Part shown: positions 30,258 through 40,982 of the stretch, piece after piece
Position numbering within the stretch: the first letter of the stretch is position 1
How the letters are laid out: the number at the start of each line of letters is the position of its first letter
Source: Candidatus Bathyarchaeota archaeon
GTDB lineage: Archaea; Thermoproteota; Bathyarchaeia; Bathyarchaeales; DTEX01
Length of the DNA: 64,000 bases
Direction: 5' to 3'
Assembly: GCA_963714275.1 (NCBI GenBank)
Contig: CAVQNT010000002.1
Span: 864,001 to 928,000 of the forward strand
Notes under the pieces: model-generated
What the model was told of the DNA's origin: nothing
Seen by the model: only the letters and a program-made list of their open reading frames with translations
The model's database searches: none
Translations under genes and position numbers: made by a program

Positions 30258-30914
30258 TTGGCGGACGATGCGTTGGAACTAAAAGAAAGAGTGGGCAAAA
30301 TACTTGTTCTGCTGGAAAGGGAATATCCATATGCAAAAATTACTTTAGAATTCAATAATCCTCTTGAGTTGTTGGTAGCAACTATACTTGCTGCTCAGTG
30401 CACGGACGTGAAAGTCAACCAAGTTACACGGAGCCTGTTCAAAAAGTTCCGAACGCCGGAAGACTTTGCGAAGGCTGACCTTGCAGCGCTTGAAGTGGAA
30501 ATTAGGCCAACAGGATTCTTCAAGGTGAAAGCCAAACATGTAAAGAACGCCTGCCGAATGCTTGTCGACCAGTATGGTTCGCAGGTTCCTAAAACAATGA
30601 ATGATTTAATAAAGCTTCCAGGAGTCGCACGGAAGACAGCGAACATTGTTCTTTCGAACGCTTACGGAATAACAGAAGGTATAGCGGTTGACACTCATGT
30701 TCTTAGGCTTGTAAAGAGACTTGGGTTAACACAAAGCAGGACGAGAGAAAAAATTGAAATTAGCCTAATGCATATTGTTCCAAAAGCTTCCTGGCAGAGA
30801 TTTTCTAACCTACTCATATTCCATGGTAGAAAGGTCTGCACGGCAAAAAAGCCTAAATGCAGCCAGTGCGTGCTTAACGACCTTTGCCCTTCAGCTTTTA
30901 CTTTTAGTTTTTAG
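30258..30914 (+). CDS. nth: Endonuclease III
   Basis: LAAQCTD, LPGVARKTAN HhH, VDTH, C-x6-C-x2-C-x5-C. Confidence 0.95.
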   Translation: MADDALELKERVGKILVLLEREYPYAKITLEFNNPLELLVATILAAQCTDVKVNQVTRSLFKKFRTPEDFAKADLAALEVEIRPTGFFKVKAKHVKNACRMLVDQYGSQVPKTMNDLIKLPGVARKTANIVLSNAYGITEGIAVDTHVLRLVKRLGLTQSRTREKIEISLMHIVPKASWQRFSNLLIFHGRKVCTAKKPKCSQCVLNDLCPSAFTFSF

Positions 30915-31104
30915 AAATAGGCAGACAAATGGCTAAGTTTTTTCATTGGCTGTTTTACACACCAAAAAAAACATAAGATACAGCACACCTTGCTTGTAGT
31001 GAGCTAAAGATGCCCAATCTGTCATGCTAAGAAAGAAATGTTTAAAGCCTGCAAGCCTTGAACCTGTCTCTAAATATTTTTATTTTTAACGACCTTATTT
31101 TTCT

Positions 31105-31858
31105 TTAACATTCTATCTGAGTCGGTACATAACAGGATGTAACACAGACATTGAAAAGCCACCACAGAAAGTCTATGCCATGGAACCAAGTGATCGCTTC
31201 ATATTTACTGCCTAAGAATCCTGTAGGTGAAACGAGAATACTGATGAGGAATCCTGCGAAAACTGCCAGATTTGACAATGATGAGACAAGTAGTTGTTGT
31301 TTTTCCTTCTGAGAATATGAATGAATCCTGCGGATTTCCAGCGTGTTTAGAAGAGATAAACCGAGACATGCGCCTTCTAAGGTGTAAACGATGCCAGAGG
31401 AGCCTAATATCTTGACTTCTGGAAAAAAGAATATCCAAAAAAAGTTTAACATTATGGGAACGATGAAAACTGTAAGGAATGAGTCTCTGATTCTCTTCTT
31501 TAGTACATCCTTTGAAAGGAAGATGTTAGAGGCAAGAAGAAGCATCAAAAACATGAACAACATCGTCATGTTGTTGAGCAGATGAGACGCATCCGAATGA
31601 ACAAAAAGTGAAGTTACGATTCCCCAAGGAGTCTCAGGTGAAGTCTGAAAGGAGCTCTTGTAAGCCTGAAAGTCTGTAAATGCTAGTGATATAAACCATG
31701 AGGCTTATGGTTAACACTGAAATAAAGAATATAAAGACTATTGTAAACCCAGTTTCCAGCTTCTCGCTGAACAACCTGCGTTCCTCAAAAGTCAATTCGT
31801 CACCCAGCAACTCTATAATCTGAGGAATAGATATGTTTTTGGAAAATTTTGAAGGCAA
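31105..31858 (-). CDS. Rhomboid-family intramembrane protease, frameshifted
   Basis: PWGIVTSLFVH...HLLNNM, GSSG catalytic Ser, WFHG catalytic His; indels at AGTCT 31642 and 31170. Confidence 0.75.
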
Positions 31859-31881
31859 AATTTTTGTGTTATTAAAATTGG

Positions 31882-33657
31882 TTATAGCATGTATGCTTCT
31901 GTCACGTATCTCCGCATCATTCGGTGGCTATTGAAGTAGTAGGCAACCTTACCAACAGAGTTCTCCATCATGTCAACCCAAGCGTCCCTATTCCTGTAAT
32001 ACATGGGAACCACCAAATATCGCAACTTATTGTAAAGGTCTTGCAGTTCCCTGACTCTCCTCTCGTCTTCTTCTAACTGCTCTTCCAGCGATGGACCGAT
32101 CGACCATCCTGTTATTCCTTCGATGCAGCCTTCCAACCACCAACCGTCCAGAACACTAAAGTTGATGACGCCGTTGTGCGCAGCTTTCATCCCGCTGGTG
32201 CCTGAGGCTTCGAGTGGAGGTAGGGGAGTGTTCAGCCACACGTCAACGCCTGACGTGAGTTTAGCTGCAGTGTCTATGTCATAGTTCTCCAAGAAGGCAA
32301 TCTTGATTTCGTCTTTGAGTAATGTTTTGTAACGGAAAATTTCCCTAATCATCTCCTTGCCAGAAACATCCCTTGGATGCGCTTTCCCAGAAAGAATCAG
32401 TTGAATTTGGCCCCTTTTATTGATCTCTTTAAGCTGATCAATATCCGAGAAAATTAAGGTTGCTCGCTTATATGCCGTGGCTCTCCTCGCAAATCCGATT
32501 GTTAATACTGAAGGGTCCATGCTCACATTTGTTTTTTTATTAACAAAGTCCAAAAGGTCCTTTTTGGCATCCATATGGGCGCTCCACAATTCGTTATTCG
32601 GGACTTCGTCGACCCTTACGAGCAGTTCAGGTTCGTTCGCCCAGCCTGGGATGTACTTATCATAAAGCTCCCTGAAAACTTTACAGGTCCACATGTAGGA
32701 GTGAACACCGTTCGTTATTGCCCAGATCGTGTGTCCCGGAAAAAGCTTCTTAGAAAACTCCATGTGAGCCTTGGTTACGCCGTTGATGTATTTGCTAAGG
32801 TTCAGAGCCAGAAGGGTCATGTTTAACTTGTCATTTCCGCCTTCCTTTTTAATGACATCCAGCGGAAACTCGTCATTAAGCAGCTCCTGCACCAAATCAT
32901 AGGGGAACTTGTCAAAAGCAGCTTCAACAGGAGTGTGCGTCGTGAATATGCAGACATTTCTTACTTTGTCCGGGTCCATGCCGTTCATTTTCATCAGCTC
33001 AAGAGTGAGAAGGCTTGAGTGCCCCTCGTTCATGTGATATTTCCTAAGGTCAAAATCCAACGCATTAAGTACCCTTATGCCGCCGATTCCGAGAATAATT
33101 TCCTGTTTCAACCTGTAACTTTCATCACCTCCATACAGGAAGTCCGTGATCTGTCTGTCTTCAGGCGCGTTTCCCTGAACGTCTGTGTCAAGGAACAGGA
33201 TAGGAACCAAACCACCCGTTAGGCTCTGGTACTCGTACAGCCAAGAGTGGACCTTAACTTTTCTGCAGCTAATTTTTACTTCGACTTCAATGGGCATCTG
33301 GTCCATAAATTTTGAGGGATCCCATTCGTCAGGATACTCGATTTGTCTGCCGTCTTCGGTTAATTTTTGTTTAAGGTATCCTTTTCTGGCTACTAGAGTT
33401 ATAGCGACAAGAGGGATTCTCAGATCCGCACTAGAACGGATTGTGTCTCCAGCTAGAACTCCAAGTCCTCCGCTGTAGGTCGGAATTTCGCTTTTTATCC
33501 CAATCTCCATTGAAAAGTAGGCGATGTATGATCTTTCAAGAAAAATGTGTCGACAATTGTCGCTACAAAAATAGTAGGTCCGTCCTCTAACATCAGCCTT
33601 AAATTCAGTTTTATCAGAAACAATGGGAACACCACAGATGGGATCCTTCACAATCAC
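31882..33657 (-). CDS. glgP: Alpha-glucan phosphorylase (GT35) with N-terminal YHS/TRASH domain
   Basis: YFSME, YSGGLG.LAGD, NEGH, FARR..YKR, EASGTSGMK; N-terminal KDPICG...YYFCS..C. Confidence 0.92.
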   Translation of the reverse strand: MIVKDPICGVPIVSDKTEFKADVRGRTYYFCSDNCRHIFLERSYIAYFSMEIGIKSEIPTYSGGLGVLAGDTIRSSADLRIPLVAITLVARKGYLKQKLTEDGRQIEYPDEWDPSKFMDQMPIEVEVKISCRKVKVHSWLYEYQSLTGGLVPILFLDTDVQGNAPEDRQITDFLYGGDESYRLKQEIILGIGGIRVLNALDFDLRKYHMNEGHSSLLTLELMKMNGMDPDKVRNVCIFTTHTPVEAAFDKFPYDLVQELLNDEFPLDVIKKEGGNDKLNMTLLALNLSKYINGVTKAHMEFSKKLFPGHTIWAITNGVHSYMWTCKVFRELYDKYIPGWANEPELLVRVDEVPNNELWSAHMDAKKDLLDFVNKKTNVSMDPSVLTIGFARRATAYKRATLIFSDIDQLKEINKRGQIQLILSGKAHPRDVSGKEMIREIFRYKTLLKDEIKIAFLENYDIDTAAKLTSGVDVWLNTPLPPLEASGTSGMKAAHNGVINFSVLDGWWLEGCIEGITGWSIGPSLEEQLEEDERRVRELQDLYNKLRYLVVPMYYRNRDAWVDMMENSVGKVAYYFNSHRMMRRYVTEAYML

Positions 33658-34259
33658 TACAACAACTCCAAACCATTAGGAACGATTTGGGCTTTTAAGC
33701 TCTTCTTGAACCAATACCGTGCTATGCTATAAACTGTTATTAATAAACCGCAGGCTATTGCTTCTGTTCCTAAAACCATTTGCCAAGTAAAGTAGTGTTC
33801 ACTGTAAAGGTGTATGAGGTAAGCGAATAGAATTAAGGCAAATCCTGAAAGAACGTCCGTGAGGACTCTTCTTTTAAGGTCTTTTGATGCAAGCCTGATT
33901 CCTGCCATTGCAAAGTCAAAGATTCCTACTACGCTGAAGAAAAACGTGGCGCTGTAAATCAGTCCTTCGGGCGGTCTTACAGGCATATGTGCGGTATTGA
34001 TTAGTATAATCCATGACCGGAAATCGTCTATAATGTTTGGGTTCATGGTGAAGACGATGCCAACTGTCAAGAGAAAGAACCCGAAAGAAACTAAGCCTAA
34101 ATAGTCTCTTTCTTTTTCTCCGAAACATGTGTCTCTTTCACGAACGTGCACCCTTGTTTCAACTCGGCTTGGCGCTTCAAATTTCAGGGACGCTCCACAA
34201 TAAGTGCAGAATTTGTCGCCTTCATTAGCTTCTGCTTTACACTTCGGACAGGTTGGCAT
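33657..34259 (-). CDS. Zinc-ribbon membrane protein
   Basis: CPKC...FCTYCG, RDTCFG, four TM segments. Confidence 0.75.
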   Translation of the reverse strand: MPTCPKCKAEANEGDKFCTYCGASLKFEAPSRVETRVHVRERDTCFGEKERDYLGLVSFGFFLLTVGIVFTMNPNIIDDFRSWIILINTAHMPVRPPEGLIYSATFFFSVVGIFDFAMAGIRLASKDLKRRVLTDVLSGFALILFAYLIHLYSEHYFTWQMVLGTEAIACGLLITVYSIARYWFKKSLKAQIVPNGLELL

Positions 34260-34362
34260 AACCGTTACCTCGTCTAAATATTTCGTTTCGACTATCTTAA
34301 GATTATGGATAAGTGTTCCACAACATCCTTTATCAACAACTTTTACTTTATATTGAGTTTCG

Positions 34363-35799
34363 ATGTCATTTCCTAGTAAAATTTTCTTCGTGGAACCGCC
34401 GAAAGAAATGTGGTTCGTCATGGGCGAGTATCTTCCTCCCCCATTAGGAATACTGGAGTTAGCCGCCTATCTAGAAAAATACAACAAAGACACTGACATA
34501 CAGGTTCTTGACTGCCAAGCTGAAGGAGTTGACTGGAAGCAGCTGGAGAAACGTATAGAATTATTTAATCCAGACATTATTGCACCTAGCGCATTAGCCA
34601 CATGCAACGTCTACACGGTAATTCGGACTTTAGAAATGGCTAAACGAGTAAATCCAAACATTACAACAGTCGTGGGCGGACAACACTTCACGGCTTTAGC
34701 TCATGAAAGCCTTGAGAAACATCCTGAAATCGATGTTGTTGTCAGAGGAGAAGGGGAACAAACGCTAAGTGAAACTGTTAAGGCGTTAGAAACTGGAAAA
34801 CCGCTTTCGAATGTTGAAGGAATCTCCTTCAGGCACGAGGGGAAAGTTGTTCACACGCCAAACCGTCCGTTAATCGAAAACTTGGACGATTTACCTTTTC
34901 CAGGCTACCATTTTGTCGAAGAACATGCGAGAAAATATCACTTCAAGATGATGGTAGGAGCAAATGTCGGATACACTCTTGTTGAAGCTTCAAGGGGATG
35001 CCCTCACCGTTGTGTCTTCTGTTCGCAATGGAAGTTTTGGGGTGGAAAGTGGAGGGCAAAAACTCCCAAACGTATCGTGGACGAGATTGAGTACTGCCAC
35101 AGGGAGTTCGGAAGCAATTTCATGTGGCTAACTGACGACAACCTAGGCTTAGGCGAAGAGACCAACAGTTTGTGCGACGAAATAATCAAACGTGGCATCT
35201 CGGATGACATTATGTGGTTCATTCAAGCAAGATGTGATGATATCTGCAACAACCAAAAAATTCTACCTAAGCTGAGGAAATCTGGTCTTCTCTGGATTCT
35301 CACAGGGCTAGAAAGTCACAGTCAAGAGACTCTTAACAGTTTCCGCAAGGACCTAAGCCCATCGTACGCAAAGCAAGCTGTCGATTTGTTAAAGAAGAAC
35401 GACATTTTCGCCCAAACAACCATGATCATAGGAAATCGAAAAGATTCTCATGAATCGATTCAAGGGCTTCGGGAGTTCGCAAACGAGGTTGACCCCGACC
35501 TAGCAATTTACATGATTCTTTCGCCATTTCCAGGAACCGACCTCTACGAGACTGCGAAGACTAACGGATGGATAGAAGACGAGAACTGGGCAAACTACGA
35601 TATGGCTCACGCCGTCATGCCTACAGAAAGCCTTTCGAGACAAGAAATCCAAGAGGAGCTTTATGAGTGCTACCGAAGCTTCTACGGTTCGATGAGAAGA
35701 CGCATGAAAAGCCTGTTTTCACCGAACTCGCTGAAAAGGAGAACATACAGGTACTTGGCAAGCCAGGGGCTTTTAAAGACATTAAGGGACTTATTTTGA
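34363..35799 (+). CDS. Cobalamin-dependent radical SAM enzyme (BchE-like)
   Basis: PPLG..LAA, GGQHFT, RGEGE B12 domain; SRGCPHRCVFCSQWKFW; GLES; PFPGT. Confidence 0.9.
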   Translation: MSFPSKIFFVEPPKEMWFVMGEYLPPPLGILELAAYLEKYNKDTDIQVLDCQAEGVDWKQLEKRIELFNPDIIAPSALATCNVYTVIRTLEMAKRVNPNITTVVGGQHFTALAHESLEKHPEIDVVVRGEGEQTLSETVKALETGKPLSNVEGISFRHEGKVVHTPNRPLIENLDDLPFPGYHFVEEHARKYHFKMMVGANVGYTLVEASRGCPHRCVFCSQWKFWGGKWRAKTPKRIVDEIEYCHREFGSNFMWLTDDNLGLGEETNSLCDEIIKRGISDDIMWFIQARCDDICNNQKILPKLRKSGLLWILTGLESHSQETLNSFRKDLSPSYAKQAVDLLKKNDIFAQTTMIIGNRKDSHESIQGLREFANEVDPDLAIYMILSPFPGTDLYETAKTNGWIEDENWANYDMAHAVMPTESLSRQEIQEELYECYRSFYGSMRRRMKSLFSPNSLKRRTYRYLASQGLLKTLRDLF

Positions 35800-36537
35800 A
35801 AAAACCAGCAAAAGTTGATGCCGTGGTTTTTTTTTACCTCGCAGTTTCCATTCTTGGCTTAATACTACTTGCCATCCTAACGTTCAACCAAACCGTTCCC
35901 AAAACGGACTTTCCTTGGCAAAAGCCAGCAACGGGATTGATCTATAGTGCAATCTGTGTTCTCGGAATAACAGCAGGACTCTCTCCTCGCCAATGTTCAC
36001 GTGTAACCCATTTTAAAGCAGCAAAGAGAAGCTTCCTTACAACACAAAAACGATTAGTGAACGAAGAAATTACAGCAACTTTTAGGGGGCATCATCCTAC
36101 ATGCGGAAATTTTAGTTCCCATGTTTTATTGTTTAGTGGCAGAATGTTATGTGCTGGTTGCACTGGACTGATATTCGGTGCAATATTGTCTCTTGCTGGG
36201 AGTGCCTTGTATTTCTTTGGCGGTTTATCAATTGGGGAATTTTGCGAAATCGCTTTTTGGATGGGTTTACTCGGAGTTATTTTTGGCTTACTTCAGTACG
36301 AATTGCCAGTCAGCAATAGTGTTCTGCACTTCTTTCTTAATGTTACATTTGTTCTAGGAGCGTTTTTTCTTCTTGTTGAGGTTAACATTGCTAATGAAAG
36401 TCTTCATGTTGAATCTGTATCTTTTGTTGCTGATTATTTATTGGATATTAACGCGTATCGAATTATCACGTATTGAACATAGAAAAAAGTGCTTCAGCTG
36501 CGGTTCAAAGCCGTGCAACTTTTCCTTCGTAAACTAA
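35796..36537 (+). CDS. Cys/His-motif membrane protein, 1 apparent frameshift at 36399
   Basis: GHHPTC..FSSH...CAGC motif, about 6 TMs, C-terminal CxxC..C; start overlaps the radical SAM stop (TTGA). Confidence 0.65.
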
Positions 36538-36547
36538 GATACTGTTG

Positions 36548-36877
36548 TTACCGTCTCGTTCTTCGTAGAATGCCATAAATCGCGCCTGCTACTATTAACA
36601 GACCGATGATAATCACGAAAAATGGTCCAGTGTACCTGCTTAAATCTTGTCCTAGCAGCATGGTGATTCCATAAAGAAGGATGAACATGCCGATGATTAT
36701 GCCTATGATGGCTCCTCCGTGGGGAAGACCGAAGCATTCATTTTCGATGCGTCCTCCAGGCTGCCCGAAGCACGTGTCTCTGTGTTTTTCTCTTACCACT
36801 TCAAGTCTGGCACCGCAACTAACGCAAAATTTTGCGCCTTCATCGTTCTGAGCACCACATTTTGTGCAGGTAACCAT
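36548..36877 (-). CDS. Zinc-ribbon membrane protein
   Basis: CTKC...FCVSCG, RDTCFG, ECFGLP, two TMs. Confidence 0.75.
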   Translation of the reverse strand: MVTCTKCGAQNDEGAKFCVSCGARLEVVREKHRDTCFGQPGGRIENECFGLPHGGAIIGIIIGMFILLYGITMLLGQDLSRYTGPFFVIIIGLLIVAGAIYGILRRTRR

Positions 36878-37010
36878 AAACAATACCTCTTCTACATCAT
36901 TGAATTCTTGGTTATATAAACATTGCATTACTCAACATCTGAATTTAAGCTTTAATTCTTAAATATTCAGAGTGAATAGAATACTCCAAGTTTAGAGGTG
37001 TAGATGTAAA

Positions 37011-37769
37011 ATGGGTAAAATTCCAATCGGGTTGCAGCTTTTCTCTGTCCGCGATGATTGTACTCGGGACCTTCCCGGAACCTTAAAAGCCGTAGCCGAC
37101 ATGGGATACGACGGCGTAGAGTTTGCTGGATACTATAACAGGACCGCTGAAGAATTAAAGAAAATGCTTAACGAATTAGGATTAAAAGTATGCGGGTCTC
37201 ACATTGGACTCAATACGTTGTTAGGCGAAGAACTTGAGAAGACGGTTGAATTCAACAAAACACTTGGAAACAAATTCCTGATTGTACCTTGGATTCCAGA
37301 AGAGAAACGAAACTCAAAAGCAGTGTGGCTTGAAACTGCCAAATTGTTCAGCGAGATAGCCAAAAAAGTTAAACGTAAAGGCATGCACGTCGGATACCAT
37401 AACCACCACGTGGAGTTCATGCCTATTGACAGCGAATTCCCTTGGGACATATTCTACGGCGCAACATCCCCAGAAGTCGTAATGCAGCTTGACGTCGGAA
37501 ACGCCTTGCACGGAAAAATCAGCGTCGACGAGTTGCTTGCCATAATAAAGCGGTATCCAGGTCGCTCGTTAACGGTGCATCTTAAGGAACACTCAGCCAC
37601 AAACGACAAAGCCGTGATAGGTGAGGGAGACATGAAGTGGAAACAATTCTTTAAGCTGTGCGAAACCGTCGGTGGCACCCAATGGTACATCGTTGAACAA
37701 GAATCCTACGCGTATCCTCCGTTAGAGTGCGTAAAACGATGCTTGGAAAATTTGAGAAAAATGTTATAA
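37011..37769 (+). CDS. Sugar phosphate isomerase/epimerase (AP-endonuclease-2 TIM barrel)
   Basis: GLQLFSVR, GVEFAG, YHNH..EF, LDVGN, HLKE, IVEQE. Confidence 0.88.
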   Translation: MGKIPIGLQLFSVRDDCTRDLPGTLKAVADMGYDGVEFAGYYNRTAEELKKMLNELGLKVCGSHIGLNTLLGEELEKTVEFNKTLGNKFLIVPWIPEEKRNSKAVWLETAKLFSEIAKKVKRKGMHVGYHNHHVEFMPIDSEFPWDIFYGATSPEVVMQLDVGNALHGKISVDELLAIIKRYPGRSLTVHLKEHSATNDKAVIGEGDMKWKQFFKLCETVGGTQWYIVEQESYAYPPLECVKRCLENLRKML

Positions 37770-37805
37770 TTTGATTATGTTTTCGCCTTAATCTAGGAGG
37801 ATTAG

Positions 37806-38147
37806 ATGAGTATGAGCAGTAAAAAGATGATCTACATAGCCAACTTCAAGGAAATCCCGGTCTTGGAAGCCAAAATCTTCATGTACCCCGTGGGCGACCA
37901 GAAAGGAACCGTTAGACCAGGCATCCTCATACATCTCGAAGATGGCTTCTATGCCTACGACGGTCTTTGCACTCATATGAGTGCTGAGGTAAAATGGAAC
38001 AGATACACCGAAAAAATCTGGTGCACCATGCATGACGGAATGTATGACCCGAAGACAGGCAGTCCATTCATGGGAATGCCAAGAGAGCCGCTAAAGAAAA
38101 TAGAGCTTAAAATAGAAGACAACGGAGACATATACGTCCAACTATGA
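37806..38147 (+). CDS. Rieske [2Fe-2S] domain protein
   Basis: CTH and CTMH ligand boxes; GGAGG RBS. Confidence 0.88.
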   Translation: MSMSSKKMIYIANFKEIPVLEAKIFMYPVGDQKGTVRPGILIHLEDGFYAYDGLCTHMSAEVKWNRYTEKIWCTMHDGMYDPKTGSPFMGMPREPLKKIELKIEDNGDIYVQL

Positions 38148-38450
38148 TAGAATTATTTTTAACAAAAATTATATAGTAGACCAAGTTAGACTTTAACTAT
38201 AAACAGGACCAAGTCTATTCGCTATCGAACAGATGCCTGCGAATCCTTGGATAACTCTTAGCTGAGCTCGTTCAATTTCGGTAATTGAGGTTAACTGAAA
38301 AGTCATGTAGGTTATAAATCCCGATTTTTGAAGACATTATGCCCTGATGTCCGCTCCGCTAATGGGTTGATGTTCCTCAAAAAAGTATCCTCAATCTTTA
38401 CCATAATCTTTTTTATAGAAACCTATAGATAGAAACATGAGTTCATTATA

Positions 38451-40975
38451 ATGCGAAACAAGGTAACTAATTCGGGTGAGTTAAGAATGTGTAATTGTCT
38501 CAAGCAAAACAGAAGCGGCGGAATATCGTACGGTCACTTCGATGATGAAACAAAGGAATATGTCATTTCACGTCCCGACACTCCGACGCCTTGGATTAAC
38601 TATCTGGGAGAGAAGGATTACTTTGCAATGATTTCAAACACGGGTGGCGGCTACAGCTTCTACCGAGACCCCCGGCAACGCCGAGTAATCCGTTACCGCT
38701 ACAATGCTGTTCCAGCCGACAATGGCGGACGCGCACTCTATTTGCGGCTCAGCGACGGAGACTTCTGGTCGCCTACTTGGCAGCCAGTACGTAAGGAACT
38801 TCAAGCCTACGAATGCTGTCATGGCGCTGGCTACACTCGCATCCGCTCAGTATACCGCGGAGTCGAAGCTGAGGTGACATATTTTGTTCCGTTGGGTCAA
38901 ACGATAGAGGTGTGGCGCGTTACCTTGCATAATACCAATGATGCGTCATTAGAGTTACAGGTTTTCTCGCTGGTCGAATTTTGCTTGTGGAACGCCCTTG
39001 ACGACATGACTAATTTTCAGCGTAATTACAACACTGGAGAACTCGAAGTTGAAGACGACGTAATTTACCACAAAACCGAGTATCGGGAACGCCGGAACCA
39101 CTTTGCCTATTTCGCCTGCTCAGAGCCCGTTACAGGTTTCGACACGTCACGCGACGCTTTCCTTGGTCCATACCGCGGCTTCGATCAGCCACAGGTAGTG
39201 CAAGAAGGAAAGTCGAACAACTTCGTCGCGCACGGCTGGGCGCCAATAGGGTCGCACCAAATCAGGTTGACTCTGGGGCCTGACGAGTCGCGAGAGATAA
39301 TCTTTCTGCTTGGCTACGCGGAGAACCAGCAGGACAAAAAATTTTCTGCTCCGGGAGTGATTAACAAGTCCAATGTTAAGCGGACCATTCGGCAATACCT
39401 TGATCCTGCCAAAGTTGATGCAGCCTTCGACGCGTTGCGGAAGTATTGGGATGAACTGTTCTCCATTTACAGTGCACAGACACCCGACAAACATGTGAAC
39501 CGTATGGTCAACGTCTGGAATCCCTACCAGTGCACGGTCACCTTCAACTTGTCGCGCAGCGCCTCATTTTACGAGTCAGGCATCAGCAGGGGAATAGGCT
39601 TCCGCGACACTAACCAGGACCTGCTGAGTTACATCCACATGCTTCCGGCACGGGCACGTGAACGCATCCTGGATTTGGCAGCGACGCAGTTACCCAATGG
39701 GGAGCTTACCACCAGTACGACCCACTCACTAAAAGGGGAAACGCGGACGTTGGTGGAGGCTTCAACGACGACCCACAGTGGCTGGTATTGTCGGTTGCTG
39801 CCTACCTTAAGGAAACTGGAGACTACTCAATTCTGGACGAGTCCGTTGTCTACGACAACAAGCCAGGCACGGAACAGCCCATCTATGATCATTTGAAACG
39901 TGCTTTACAGTACACTTTGGATCGACTTGGTCCGCACAGGTTGCCGTTAATTGGGCATGCGGACTGGAACGATTGCTTGAACCTGAACTGTTTCTCCGCT
40001 ACTCCGGGTGAGTCTTTCCAGACCCACATGGATACGACTGCTGGGACCACGGCTGAATCGGTTTTCATTGCTGGTCTTTTCACGTTGGCGGCGAAGGAAA
40101 TGTCAGCCATTTCCGAGCGCAGTGGACATCAGGATGATGTGGCGTATTACCTTAATCAAGCGGATCAGATGGCGCAAAAGGTCATGGAGCATGGTTGGGA
40201 CGGTGAATGGTTTCTACGGGCTTACGATCATTTCAGCGCCAAGATAGGCTCTAAAGAGTGCGACGAAGGACGCATCTTTATTGAGCCGCAAGGCATATGC
40301 ATAATGGCGGGCATCGGCGTAGACAACGGTCATGCGGTCCAAGCGTTGGATTCTGTGCAGAAACATTTGGCGACAGAACACGGCATCGTCCTGCACCAGC
40401 CTGCATACACGCGTTACTACCTAAACTTGGGCGAAATCTCCAGCTATCCGCCTGGCTACAAGGAGAATGCCAGCGTCTTCTGTCACACTAACCCGTGGAT
40501 AATGATTTCGGAAGCTATTCTCGGACGCGGAGACAGGGCTTTTGACTATTACATGCGTATCTGCCCCTCGACGCGGGAACCCATCAGCAACATTCACCGC
40601 TGCGAGCCATACATCTACGCTCAGACAATCGCTGGTCGCGACGCACCCACGTTCGGCGAAGCCAAGAACTCGTGGCTAACTGGCACCGCAGCATGGAACT
40701 TAGTTGCCATTACCCAATGGATTTTGGGTGTACGGGCTGATCATGACGGGTTGATTGTTGACCCGTGCATTCCCAAAGAATGGTCAGGCTTCAAAGTCAC
40801 ACGGCGGTTCCGCGGCGCAACTTACGTCATCGAAGTCAAAAATCCAAGCCACGTCTGCAAAGGCGTGAAGCAGGTGACAGTAGATGGCAAGATGCTTGAT
40901 GGTAAATTGTTACCAATATTCGGAGACAATAAATTGCATCAGGTAAGTGTGCTATTGGGAACAAAAGCACAGTAA
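38451..40975 (+). CDS. GH94 cellobiose phosphorylase, 1 frameshift near 39700; true start uncertain (homology begins about 38525)
   Basis: [76 protein letters not shown]. Confidence 0.9.
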
Positions 40976-40982
40976 ACCTAGG

